Below, piece after piece: positions 10,159-20,514 of a stretch of 64,000 nt of DNA. The notes under the pieces were generated by a model that did no database searches, had not been told where the DNA came from, and worked only from the letters and a program-made list of their open reading frames with translations. The stretch is from NCBI GenBank assembly GCA_963666215.2, contig CAXWPL010000001.1, positions 448,001 through 512,000 on the forward strand. Direction: 5' to 3'. The number at the start of each line of letters is the position of its first letter. Position 1 is the stretch's first letter. This stretch comes from Acidobacteriota bacterium. GTDB lineage: Bacteria; Acidobacteriota; UBA890; WLXD01. A program made the position numbers and the translations under genes.

Positions 10159-11169
10159 TCACGGCGTCAGGACGATCTTGCCGAAAGCCTCACGCTCCTC
10201 AACCAGGCGCTCGGCCTCCGCCGCCTCGCTCAGCGGCATCACACGGTCGATCACCGGAACCAGCTGTTGCTCGGTCGCCAGGCGCATGAGCTCGACCAGA
10301 TCCTCGACCTTCCAGCCGTTGCAGCCGAGGATGTTGTGCTCGAACGTCCAGATATAGCGGATGTCGGTGGGCGGGCCGAAACCCGCCGTCGCGCCACACG
10401 TGAGCAAACGACCTCCGTGCGAGAGGCACTGCAAAGACGGCACCCAGGTGTCGCCGCCGGTGAAGTTGACCACCACGTCGGCGCCGCCATCCCCACCCGC
10501 CTTGTGCGGCCTGCCCCAGAGCCTGGACACCTCGTTGCGGAAGCTCCGGTTCTTGTAGTTGATCAGATGGTCGGCACCCAGCTCGGCAAGGCGCGCCAAC
10601 ATCGCGTCCGAGCTGGCGCAGGCGGCGACCTCGGCACCCACGAGCTTGGCCAGCAGCACACAGCCGGTGCCCACGCCGCCGCTGGCGCCCAGAATCAGAA
10701 CTCGGTCGCTCTCGGCAACACGTCCGCGCGTGATCATCATCCGATACGCCGTGCCGTAGGCTAGCGGTAGCGCCGCGGCGATCTCGAAGCTCAGCTTGTC
10801 GGGCATCCCGAGCAACTGGCTCGCGGGAACCCGCATGAGCTCGGCACGACCGCCGTCGCAGGTTTCGCCCACCATCTCGAAGCGTTGGCCGGAAGCCCAG
10901 GCCGGGTCCACCAGCACGCGATCGCCGCGGGCCCAGCCGTCGACGCGGTCACCGAGCTCGAACACCTCTCCCGCAACGTCCGAACCGGTGATCAAGGGCA
11001 GCGGCGTCTTGATGCCCGGCATACCGCGACGCGAAAAGATGTCGTGGAAATTGACCGACGTGGCGCGAACACGCACCACCACGTCGTCGGGCCCCGGAAC
11101 CGGATCGGGAACTTCCCTGTACACGATCTGGTCGAGACCGCCGTGACCCACAAGAACGGACGCTTTCAT
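10159..11169 (-). CDS. MDR-superfamily (zinc-binding ADH / quinone reductase-like) oxidoreductase
   Basis: Start MKASVLVGHGG; SVNFHD, GSDVAG, VLILGASGGVG, TCGAT.G, FGKIVL. Confidence 0.9.
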   Translation of the reverse strand: MKASVLVGHGGLDQIVYREVPDPVPGPDDVVVRVRATSVNFHDIFSRRGMPGIKTPLPLITGSDVAGEVFELGDRVDGWARGDRVLVDPAWASGQRFEMVGETCDGGRAELMRVPASQLLGMPDKLSFEIAAALPLAYGTAYRMMITRGRVAESDRVLILGASGGVGTGCVLLAKLVGAEVAACASSDAMLARLAELGADHLINYKNRSFRNEVSRLWGRPHKAGGDGGADVVVNFTGGDTWVPSLQCLSHGGRLLTCGATAGFGPPTDIRYIWTFEHNILGCNGWKVEDLVELMRLATEQQLVPVIDRVMPLSEAAEAERLVEEREAFGKIVLTP

Positions 11170-11603
11170 TCGACCTTGTCCCCCTCGAACGATCCCCGCC
11201 TGCCAGGACGAGCCACGGTTCCACGTCCCAGCGCAACAACCTTGCCGCCGGCATCGCGCACCTCGGCGTCGACCACACACAGGCGTCCGCCGATCTTGCG
11301 AACCACACCAACCGCCTCGAGATCGCCGCGCGCCGGTCGCACCAGGTCGATCCTCAGATCTGCGGTGGCAACGTGCTCCTTCACCGCGGTGTAGGCGGCC
11401 CACCCCACAACGACGTCGATGAGCGCGCTGACCACGCCACCGTGCAGCCAGTCGGAGCCATCCACGCGCAGGAAATCGTCGCGAAACGGCAACCGCACGC
11501 GGATCTCTCCCTCGCTCACTTCGACGAGCTGCAAGCCCAGAGCTCGCTGGTACGGTGAGATCTCCAGGTCCTTCTGATGTACGTCAGCTGTCGGCTCAGG
11601 CAC
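11166..11603 (-). CDS. PaaI-family hotdog thioesterase
   Basis: LHGGVVSALID, TADLRIDLVRP; overlaps the next gene by 4 bp. Confidence 0.9.
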   Translation of the reverse strand: MPEPTADVHQKDLEISPYQRALGLQLVEVSEGEIRVRLPFRDDFLRVDGSDWLHGGVVSALIDVVVGWAAYTAVKEHVATADLRIDLVRPARGDLEAVGVVRKIGGRLCVVDAEVRDAGGKVVALGRGTVARPGRRGSFEGDKVE

Positions 11604-11630
11604 GGGTGCTCACGGTATTCCCCTCAGCGG

Positions 11631-13284
11631 TCAGACAGGCGCGCCGGCCTCCCGTTCGGCCATCTTCTGCATGGCCGCGCGGTCGGGCTTCCCTGTGCCG
11701 CCCAGCGGCAACGCGTCGACGAACAATACCCGCCGCGGGTGGCCATAGGCGGCGCCGTGACGCAAATAGAACTCTTTCAGCTCCTGTTCTGCCACCAGAA
11801 TCGCGGCCGAATCGAGTGCAGCAGACTGGCTCAGGTCGGCGCAACTGTCGTGCTCGACATCCGGCCGGGAAGCCGGCACCACGATAGCCACAGGCACTCG
11901 ACCTTTCAGCCCGTGCGGCACCGAAACCACGCACACCTCGGTTACCGCTGGATGCCGCAGCAGAATGTCCTCGACCTCCTTTGGGTACACGTTCTCGCCG
12001 GCGACGTTGATCATGTCGTCCTGGCGGCCGACGAAGTAGAAGAAACCGTCGCCATCGCGCCGCATGAGGTCGCCGGTGTGCAGCCAGCCGTCACGTATTG
12101 TTTGGGCAGTGATGTCGGGCAATTTCCAGTACCCCGGTGTGACGCCCGGGTTGCGGGTGATCAGCTCGCCGGTCTGGTCAACACCCACGTCCGTCACGCT
12201 GTCCTCGCCGACGATCTTGACCTCACAGCCCTCGAACGCACGGCCGCAACTGCCGCGCCGCTTCGGAGCGCGCCGCTGGTTGACAACCGGAACCGGGCCA
12301 CCCTCGGTGAGCCCGTAGCTTTCCGCAATCTCGGCGCCGAAGACCTCGCGAAAGCGATCCAGAAGCTCGGCCGAGACCTCGGCTGAGCCGCACAGCGCGT
12401 AGCGCACCGACGACACGTCAGGAACGCTCGAAACAGCCGGCGGCCTCGTGGCCGAAGACTCGGTGCGTGGGCCAGACGCCAGCGACTCGAGCTCGTCGAG
12501 CATCATCTTGTACATCGCCGGCACGCCCGTGAGGTAGGTGATTCGATAGCGCTCGATCGAGCGCACGACCTCAGCCGCATCGAAACCCGGCAGAATCACC
12601 ACCGATCCGCCGGCGAGCAGGAAGGGCTTCACCGCACCGATCATCGCGTTCTTATGAAACAGGGGGTACCGCCACCAGGGCTCTTTCGGTTGAATTGGCC
12701 TCGATCGCGCGGCGGACGACGTCGGTGTTCCAGATCTGCCCGCGATGGGTGCGCTGTACGCCCTTCGGCTTGCCGGTGGAGCCCGACGTGTAGGGCTGCA
12801 TGCAGATCTCGTCGGACTCGACGGCGCGCCGCGGCAGCGCCGCCGAAGCCTCCGAGAACACCTGCGCCGTCCCCGACTCGTCGAGCAACACCGGCCGCAG
12901 GCCGGCAACACGCCCAGCCATGCCGAGAGCCCTGTCGGCCTGGGATTGGTTGGCAATCACCACTGGCGCGTCGGCATCGCGGAGGACGTACTCGAGCGGC
13001 TCGTCGCTCATCCTCGTGTTGAGCGGCAGCGCCACGGCCCCGAGTCGAATGGCGCCGAAGAAGCACTCCACAAAGCGGGCGTCGTTGGTGAACATCAACG
13101 CCACACGGTCACCCGCTCTGACCCCGAGCGACGCCAAGCCGTTGGCGACGCGATTGCAGCGAGCGTCGAGCCGTGCGTAGCTGATGGACTCGTCGCGCTC
13201 GAGGATCGCCGCGGCCTCCGGAGCGCGCTCGAGCGCTCCGTCGAACAGATAGCCCAGGCTAACGGGAAGACCGTCCCTGTTCAT
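11631..13284 (-). pseudogene. Class I adenylate-forming acyl-CoA ligase, frameshifted at about 12670
   Basis: YTSGSTGKPKG in ORF 12652-13533; YPLFH, SYGLTE, LHTGD, GENVYPKEVE, GTGK in ORF 11631-12956. Confidence 0.85.
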
Positions 13285-13583
13285 CCTCGAGATCCCGGCT
13301 GCTGATTGCCGCCCGAAGAGTCGCCGGGCTGGCCTCGATGGCCACGATCGCGGCCGGGCTCCTGGCGAGGACCCGTCTCCCGACGGCGATCGGGCTGCGA
13401 CAGCACGCCAATACAGCCGATCGTGACCAGCACGCCGGCCACGAACAGGACCGCGCCCCCGTCCCCTGATAGCCACCGCGCGGCGCCGTACAGGGCAAGC
13501 GCGTTGGCCAGCAGGTTGACGATCAGCCCCCACACCCTGCCCGAGAACGGGCCCAAACGAGACTCGAGAAGCTGCAGGCTCAC
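13281..13583 (-). CDS. Small membrane protein (2 TM)
   Basis: GTG start overlaps the stop of the upstream transporter; two hydrophobic helices; overlaps the ligase start. Confidence 0.55.
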   Translation of the reverse strand: MSLQLLESRLGPFSGRVWGLIVNLLANALALYGAARWLSGDGGAVLFVAGVLVTIGCIGVLSQPDRRRETGPRQEPGRDRGHRGQPGDSSGGNQQPGSRG

Positions 13584-14935
13584 GACACCCACCATCCCAG
13601 TCGATTGAAGATGTAAACGATGCCGATGGCGTTGAGCAGCGTGATCTGCGCCAACAGCCCGACGTTCCACAGCCGCGATGTGCAGCGATCCTCGCCCATC
13701 ACCTCGCGGTCGTTGAGCAGCAGGTACATCGACCAGCCAACGATGTTGTTGGTCAACGACAGAAAGGCCGCGAGGGCGACCACCAGCCAGATCGGACGCG
13801 GGTACCAGACCGCCAGAAAGCCGATTTGCGGCAGCAAGGCGGTGATCCGCCAGCGCCAGGAGCTGGTGTCGGGCTCCCAGCCGAAGGCCTCGTGCACCGC
13901 CATCGCGCCGGCCAGGCTCATACCCACGGTCGTGGTGATCGGCACGGCGAGGAAGCCCAGGTAGAACAGCACCTGGGCGCCGGTCGAACCCAGCAGGGGG
14001 AGCAGAGCCTGGCTGAGCTCTGGAGCCGTCTCGGGGTTGATCCCCTGGGCGTATAGCGTGCGCGCGAACACGCCGATCACCAGGTAGTTGATCACGACGA
14101 AAGGAATGAACAGACCGAAGACCATGTCGAAGCGGGCCAGCTGCTCGTGACGGCGTCCCCAGCCGCGCGCCAACCCGGCGTAGTGGAAAAAGACCCAGTC
14201 CATCACCCCGATCGCGGCGGCCGACGAGGCGATGAACAGATCCAAGCCTTCGCCACCGCGTGGTAACCAGGGAACGAATGTGCCCTGCAGCGCGGCGCGC
14301 CAGTCAACCCCGACAACCAGCAGGCATGCGCCAAAGCACACCAGCATGAGCGCGATGCTGAGCTTCATGAAGCGCTCGACCGCCCGCGTGCCTGCGCCAC
14401 CACGCCGCCCGTAGCTCAGCGTCAGCCAGCTGGTGAGCGCAACATAGAAAACCCAGTTCACCCGACGCGGCAGCTCGAGCCCCGGCACCATCAGCGGGGC
14501 CGCCGATTCGATCAGGTGGGTGGCGAGGCTGACCTGGCCGTAGTTGAAGACGATGGCCACGAAGGTCGTCCCCACCAGCGCCGTCATCAATGAGCCCACC
14601 AGCCAGCCGTGACGCCGGTTTTGAGCCTGGATCACACGGAACCCGCCTCGGCATGTGAAGCGCGCCATCGCGGCCATCATGAAGAGCCCCAGCCCCATCG
14701 ACAGCCAGATCAGCCACATCGTGCGGTAACCAAACCGCGCGCCCGACAGCATCGACGCCGTCAACGTGCCGGCCCCGAGCGTCAGCGCCGCCCCCATGAA
14801 GCCAGGCCCGGCGAGACGCAAATAACCGCCGGCATGCTGTGCCAGAGGGGCACCGCGAAGCTCCTCCAGCAAAGCGGCCTCGGCATCGAGGCGCTCGGCG
14901 GGAATCTCCTCGGCGATCGGGTAGCGAGAGCTCAT
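13580..14935 (-). CDS. NRAMP/MntH-like (APC superfamily) divalent-cation-type transporter
   Basis: GPGFMGAALTLGAG..SGARFGY..W; about 11 TM segments. Confidence 0.8.
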   Translation of the reverse strand: MSSRYPIAEEIPAERLDAEAALLEELRGAPLAQHAGGYLRLAGPGFMGAALTLGAGTLTASMLSGARFGYRTMWLIWLSMGLGLFMMAAMARFTCRGGFRVIQAQNRRHGWLVGSLMTALVGTTFVAIVFNYGQVSLATHLIESAAPLMVPGLELPRRVNWVFYVALTSWLTLSYGRRGGAGTRAVERFMKLSIALMLVCFGACLLVVGVDWRAALQGTFVPWLPRGGEGLDLFIASSAAAIGVMDWVFFHYAGLARGWGRRHEQLARFDMVFGLFIPFVVINYLVIGVFARTLYAQGINPETAPELSQALLPLLGSTGAQVLFYLGFLAVPITTTVGMSLAGAMAVHEAFGWEPDTSSWRWRITALLPQIGFLAVWYPRPIWLVVALAAFLSLTNNIVGWSMYLLLNDREVMGEDRCTSRLWNVGLLAQITLLNAIGIVYIFNRLGWWVS

Positions 14936-15071
14936 TCGCCTGCCGGCTGCGGGTTCACACGGGTCGTCGGCGCCGGATTCTAGCGCGGGCTGCCCTCAAA
15001 CATCCCGTCCAGGCTGACGGCCGCCAGCATGCAGGTGAGAACCGTGGCCTCACGTCGCTCGGCGAGCGCCA

Positions 15072-16067
15072 TCAGCCTGTGGTCGACTCGGCGCGCTCGG
15101 CGTCGATGCCCGGCTTGCGGCGTCGTACCAAGCGCCTGACCTGTGTGCTCAATACGAGGGCGACACCGGCAATCGTGATCGCTGCTGCGAGCAACGTGCG
15201 GGCGGTGATCGGCTCGCCGAGAACCAGCCAGCCGAGCGTGACAGCGACCAACGGGTTGACGAACGCATAGCTCGACGCTTTCGCCGGCGACTCATGCGAC
15301 AGCAGCCATAGGTAGGCGGCGATGCCGATCATCGAACCCACGATCACCAGATACGCGAACGCCACAAGGATGCTCGCCCCGAGCGCCGCGGTCGTCAGGC
15401 TCGCGTGCTCGCCAAGCGACAGGGAGACCACGGCGCAAGCCGCGCCGCCGGTGATTTGCTGCATCACCATTCCCTGCGCCGATGGCGCCCCTTGCCAGCG
15501 CCGCGCCAGCACGCTTCCCAGCGACCAGGTGATGGCCGACACCACCACCAGCGTCGCCCCGATCGGATCGATGCGGTCGACCCCGCTCAACTTCCAGGGC
15601 TCGAGCAGAAGCATCAGCCCGGTCAAGCCGACGCCAACACCGAGCAGCTCACGCGGTCGGGCGGCCGCGGCGGCGTCGCTCACCCAGACCATCAGCAGTA
15701 TCCACAGCGGGATCGTGGTAGCGATGACCGCGGTGATCCCGGAGCCAATCGCCGGCATGCCGGCGAACAGCAGGGCGTTGCCACCGAGAAACATCAGCGA
15801 GCCACTCACCGCGGCCTTGAGCCAGGCTCTCCCCGAGGCCGGCCGCCATCGGCGGCTGAGCACCACCCAGGCGCACACCGGCAGCCCGGCGGCAAGATTG
15901 CGCGCCGCCGCCAACATGAACGGCGGCACCGCGTCTACCGCCACGCGGCCCGCCAGATAGCTCGAGCCCCAGCCGAAATAGACGACGAAGAGCGCCCCCG
16001 GCAGCAGCCAGCCGCTTTCAGGAGCCGGGATCGACGTCCTGGACGAGGGAACAGGCGAGGTGGTCAC
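15072..16067 (-). CDS. EamA/DMT-family transporter (YedA-like)
   Basis: VYFGWGSSY, PPFMLAAAR, SSYAFVNPLVAV.LG. Confidence 0.9.
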   Translation of the reverse strand: MTTSPVPSSRTSIPAPESGWLLPGALFVVYFGWGSSYLAGRVAVDAVPPFMLAAARNLAAGLPVCAWVVLSRRWRPASGRAWLKAAVSGSLMFLGGNALLFAGMPAIGSGITAVIATTIPLWILLMVWVSDAAAAARPRELLGVGVGLTGLMLLLEPWKLSGVDRIDPIGATLVVVSAITWSLGSVLARRWQGAPSAQGMVMQQITGGAACAVVSLSLGEHASLTTAALGASILVAFAYLVIVGSMIGIAAYLWLLSHESPAKASSYAFVNPLVAVTLGWLVLGEPITARTLLAAAITIAGVALVLSTQVRRLVRRRKPGIDAERAESTTG

Positions 16068-16249
16068 AGCGGGCAGCCCGGGAAACGAGGAATCGACGAC
16101 ACCGACCTGGAGGACCTGTCGATGCTACAGAACAGCGCCTGGATCTCCAACGCTGGTACGGCCAACCAGGTCGACGCATGACCCAACGAGCGGATGCAAG
16201 GCCATCTGGCGATTCGAAACAGAGCCCACGGCGACGAGGGTCGAGGTCT

Positions 16250-16915
16250 TCACCCCCTCGCCAATTCCGCACAGCGGTTCGAAGCGTTGGCGCTGTGCTT
16301 GCGACGCCTTGCGAAGCTCGGGACCCACGCGGTCAATACCAGCGCGACACCGGCGATCGTGATCGCCGCCGCGAGCAACGTACGCAAGCTGATCGGCTCG
16401 CTGAGAATCATCCAGCCGAGCGCCACCGCCACGACCGGGTTGACGAAGGCATAACTCGACGCCTTCGCCGGCGACACGCGCGAGAGCAGCCAGAGATACG
16501 CGCCCACGCCGAGCAGCTCGCGTGGTCGTGCCGTCGCACCTTCGTCGGTCATCCACACCATCAGCAGGATCCACAGCGGGATGGTGGTGTCGAGCGTGGC
16601 CGAGATGCCGGAGCCGAGCGGCATGCCGACGAAAAGCAGGCCGTAGCCGCCAAGAAAGAAGAGTGAGCCGATCACCGCGGCGCCACCCCAGGCCCGCCAG
16701 GAAGCTGGACGCAGCCGGCCCGTGAACGCGGCCCAGGCGTACAGCGCCAGTCCGGCGGCAAACGAGCGCGCGGCCGCGAGCAAGAACGGCGGCGCAGCGT
16801 CGAGCGCGATCCGGCCAGCCAGGAAGGTCGACCCCCAGCCGAAATAGACGACGAAGAACGCCGCCGGCAACAGCCAGTCGTGCCCGGAAAAAGACGGAAG
16901 AGACGGCCGAAAGAG
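16250..16915 (-). pseudogene. Tandem EamA paralog with an internal in-frame deletion and no start codon
   Basis: Closely similar to 15072-16067 but jumps from RELLGVG directly to AYLWLL. Confidence 0.8.
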
Positions 16916-16920
16916 CAGAA

Positions 16921-17412
16921 GTACGGGCTCGCAAGGTCGACCTGATGCTCATCAACGAGCTGCCGCAATTTTCTGTTCGGCCCACCGGGGGCGGGCGGGT
17001 TTGATCTCGCCGCACTCAACATTCAGCGCGGGCGAGATCACGGCCTGGCCGACTACAACACCATCCGGACCAGCTACGGCCTGCACAGAATCAACAGCTT
17101 CTATCAGCTCGGTGGCGAGGTGCGTCACATGCTCCGTCTCGAGCAACTCTACGGCAGCATCGACGACGTCGACCTGTGGACCGGGGCCACGCCGAAAAGC
17201 CGCTGCGCGACGCGATGGTCGGCGCCACGTTCCACGCGATCATCCTCGACCAGTTCCAGCGCTTGCGCGACGGTGACCCGCACTTCTATATGAACCGCTT
17301 CTCGGGCGCCGTGCTGGACGAGATTCACAACACCACCCTCGCCCACGTGATTCGTCGCAACTCCGACATTGGCGACGAGCTGCCCGACAACGTCTTCCGA
17401 GTAAAGCCCTGA
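16921..17412 (+). pseudogene. C-terminal fragment of an animal-type haem peroxidase
   Basis: Manual translation: RNFLFGPPGAGGFDLAALNIQRGRDHGLADYN..LYGSIDDVDLW..IILDQFQRLRDGDPHFY..TLAHVIRRN; frameshifts near 16963 and 17192. Confidence 0.85.
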
Positions 17413-17421
17413 CCTCTGCTT

Positions 17422-18198
17422 TCAGTCGCTTCCGCGACGGTCGAGCTCGGTACGGAAACACGACCGCACGTCGGCGGGGAAATCGGCCTCGAGCAGATAC
17501 TCGAGGTAGTCGGTCGGGACGTCTCCGAGCGGTTCCCCACGGTGCTTGCCAAAGGCGAGTGTAATCTCGCCGTCGTCGTTGCGGCGCAGCTTCCGCTGCA
17601 GGTCGACGGCGCGGGGATCGACACACAGATCGTGGAGATCGTCGACCCTGGCTGGCAGGTCGGCATAACGGTCGAGTTGGCCGAGCAGCACATCGACGGT
17701 TGCGCGCGCGTCGGCAAGGGCATCGTGAGCGCCCTCGTGATCGCGGTCGCAGTAGAAGCGGACGGCGGCCGCGAGATCGCGGCGCTCGCGGCGATGAAAA
17801 ATGATCATCGGGTCGACGAAGCGGACTCCATCAAGATCGAGCGGGCGGCCGACACGCTCCATCTCGAAGGCGAGCATCGGGATGTCGAACCGAATCGCAT
17901 TGAAGCCGCACAGGTCGGCGCCAGCGACCGCGGTGAGAATCTCATCGGCCAGCTCGCTGAGCGTCGGCGCCGCGGCAGCCTGATCGTCGGTAATGCCGTG
18001 CACCGCTGACGCCTCGGGAGGGATCGGCATCTCCGGGTTGACCAGCCACTGCGACTCGCTTCTGCCGCCTCCCGGATCAATCCGCACCATCGCGATCTGC
18101 ACGATGCGGTCGCGGTTGACGTCGGTGCCGGTGGCCTCGAGGTCGAAGACCACCAACGGGCGCAGCTGCTGGAGTTGACGAGTCATCAGATCATCCAA
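17422..18198 (-). CDS. DEDDh 3'-5' exonuclease (DnaQ-like) with a C-terminal FGKH.G module
   Basis: VFDLEATG, GFNAIRFD, HDALAD, FGKHRG. Confidence 0.9.
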   Translation of the reverse strand: MDDLMTRQLQQLRPLVVFDLEATGTDVNRDRIVQIAMVRIDPGGGRSESQWLVNPEMPIPPEASAVHGITDDQAAAAPTLSELADEILTAVAGADLCGFNAIRFDIPMLAFEMERVGRPLDLDGVRFVDPMIIFHRRERRDLAAAVRFYCDRDHEGAHDALADARATVDVLLGQLDRYADLPARVDDLHDLCVDPRAVDLQRKLRRNDDGEITLAFGKHRGEPLGDVPTDYLEYLLEADFPADVRSCFRTELDRRGSD

Positions 18199-18340
18199 AT
18201 GAGATCGTTCAATGGGTTGAGTCGGACCAGCACCTATGCTGGAGTGGCCGCCTGCTCAACTCCAGCGACGGCCGCCACCTGCGTTGTGTGGAGAGGAGAG
18301 ATCGAGAAAGCTTGCCACGCCTTCAAACGAGAGAGACCTC

Positions 18341-19783
18341 ATGAAATCTCGACGCCTGGCGCTTCGACCCACGCCCCTCGCGGTCACCCTTTTTGTTCTG
18401 CTCGCAGCGCCGCTCGCCGACGCGCAGCAGCCGCTGCCGGCACGCACGCCGCAGACCGACGCGGAAGCCGTTCGCCTGGCGCGCAACGAGAAGCTCGACC
18501 TGATCCTGCCCGGCGCCATGCGCGACAACAATATCGACATGTGGATTCACGTCAGCCGCTACGGTGGCATCTTCGCGAGCGACCACGGCGACCCGATGGA
18601 CAGGCACTTCGGCCGCACCTCTGGCTACCTGATCTTCACCGACCTCGGCGATCGCATCGAGCGTGCCGTGTTCGGCAGCCCGGGAGCCGTCGAGAAGATC
18701 GACGTGTGGGGCCCCGACAACGTCGCCCTGGCGCTGGACGGCTGGAACTACAACAACACCGACCCCCGGATTGGCTACAGCGTTCCCGAGGTCTACCAGG
18801 AGATCACGGACTTCGTGGCCCAGCGCGATCCGCAGACGATCGCCGTCAACACCTCCGACTGGTTGCCGCTGGCCGACGGCATCTCGCACTCGGCGTACCA
18901 GCGGCTGGTGCAGATTCTCGGCTCGAAGTACTCCGAGCGATTGGTCTCGGCGGAGAACGTCATCACCGACTTCGTCGTCCGCCGGACCACTCGGGAGATC
19001 GCGGCGCAGGTGGAGGTGCTGGCACTGGCTCGCCAGCGGGCGCTGCAGAATCTGGAGAAGGTGGTGCCCGGCGTTACGACGGCCGGCGAGATTGGTGCGC
19101 GCATGTACTACTCGGCAACCAACACGCCCGACAAAACAGTGCCGAAGTCAACACCCGACGCCCGATGGTTCTTCCGCGACCCCGACTACGTCCTGCAACC
19201 GGGTGACCTGTTCGTCGGCGGCGGCGGCCGCGGCGGTGGCCCCCGGGGCGAGTACATGGGCTTCGACGTCGACACCAAGATCCACGCCTACATCCTGCGC
19301 GAAGGTGAGACCGAGGTCCCCGAGTTCATCCAGAACGTCTTCGACGAGGCGATTGCCGGCCAGTGGATTATGCGCGACCACATGCGCATCGGCATGACCG
19401 CCAAGGAGTCGCTCGACGCCATGGTGGCGGCGATGGAAGAGGCCGGCTACGTGTACACGCCGTTCATCGATATCGGTACCAAGGACTACGAGATCATCCA
19501 GGACGGGCTCGCCAACACCCACAAGCCCGGCTTCTCGATCGACAACCACGCCTTCGGCAACAGCGGCGAGGTGGGCCCCCCGATGGCGGCGTTCCGTGCC
19601 GACACGCACCACTTGGTGATCCGTGAGAACCACCTGTTCGCCTTCGAGTACATGGTGCACATGAACATCGACGAGCGGCCCGGCTATCCCCTGGCGTTCA
19701 ACATCTCGAACCCGCAGGTTGTCACGAGCCGGGGGATGGAGTTCATCCAGCCGCCCAACGAGAAGATCTTCCTGATTCGCTAG
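18341..19783 (+). CDS. Exported M24 (Xaa-Pro peptidase)-like protein
   Basis: Signal peptide; LPGAMRDNNIDMWI, RDPQTIAVN, ADGISHS, HAYILREGE; paralog at 49033. Confidence 0.75.
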   Translation: MKSRRLALRPTPLAVTLFVLLAAPLADAQQPLPARTPQTDAEAVRLARNEKLDLILPGAMRDNNIDMWIHVSRYGGIFASDHGDPMDRHFGRTSGYLIFTDLGDRIERAVFGSPGAVEKIDVWGPDNVALALDGWNYNNTDPRIGYSVPEVYQEITDFVAQRDPQTIAVNTSDWLPLADGISHSAYQRLVQILGSKYSERLVSAENVITDFVVRRTTREIAAQVEVLALARQRALQNLEKVVPGVTTAGEIGARMYYSATNTPDKTVPKSTPDARWFFRDPDYVLQPGDLFVGGGGRGGGPRGEYMGFDVDTKIHAYILREGETEVPEFIQNVFDEAIAGQWIMRDHMRIGMTAKESLDAMVAAMEEAGYVYTPFIDIGTKDYEIIQDGLANTHKPGFSIDNHAFGNSGEVGPPMAAFRADTHHLVIRENHLFAFEYMVHMNIDERPGYPLAFNISNPQVVTSRGMEFIQPPNEKIFLIR

Positions 19784-19844
19784 CAGACCGAGTCTGCTCG
19801 AGAGAGCTCGTGCCGAATGTCTCCGATCGAGCGGATGTCGCGCT

Positions 19845-20055
19845 CTAGGCGCGCTGCCCACTCTGAGCCGCAAGCTCGCGCGATGCGTGAATCAGGGCCT
19901 CGTTGACGTCGCCGTCGGAGAGGTCACCTTCACGTCCGCACATCTCGCCCCACGCGAACCCCACCCAGGCGACCGCTTCCGTACTCTCGGCATCCAAGAA
20001 CTCCCGCAACACCTTGGCAGCGGCTCGCGCGTTGCCCTTCTTTGCCTGCGCCATG
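19845..20055 (-). CDS. Small hypothetical protein
   Basis: ORF MAQAKKGNARAAAKVLREFL...; no recognised motif. Confidence 0.3.
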
Positions 20056-20340
20056 AGCACGCTGCACACGTAGCGCTGGCACGAAAGGCTGGTGGCAGGA
20101 CCTGGTCGTCTCGCTTGCATGTGTCGAACATGTAGCTATCACGCATGGAGCCGCACCGCAAGGTCGCACGTCTCGCGTACCTACAAACGATCGCCGGTGA
20201 ACGGGCCGACCGGGATGCGTCGTAGGCTCGCTTCCCGCCGTCGGAAGCAGAGGAAGACGCTTTTTCAGCGCCGGAGGGCGGAGAGTCTTCGGGAAGCCTG
20301 GGGAGGACGGCAGACCGGCAGACGAATTGTCAACGGCACG

Positions 20341-20400
20341 CGCACTGATCGCGTGGCCGTGATCCCTATCGCTGCCCTCGGCCCGTGACAGCCGGACGGG
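20341..20400 (+). repeat. Diverged 60-bp copy of the 3' end of the DUF4143 gene fragment (28594-28653)
   Basis: Direct comparison gives 5 mismatches in 60 bp; the three inside the codons are synonymous (RTDRVAVIPIAALGP*). Confidence 0.85.
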
Positions 20401-20514
20401 AAATCGCGGTGATTCCAGCCTGCATGGCTCCCGGACAGCCGCGGCTGTAGCTGCCGCGGTGTCCTTTCAAGCCCGGCCAAGGCTACCGGCTAGGTACACG
20501 CACGGCCCTGGTCC

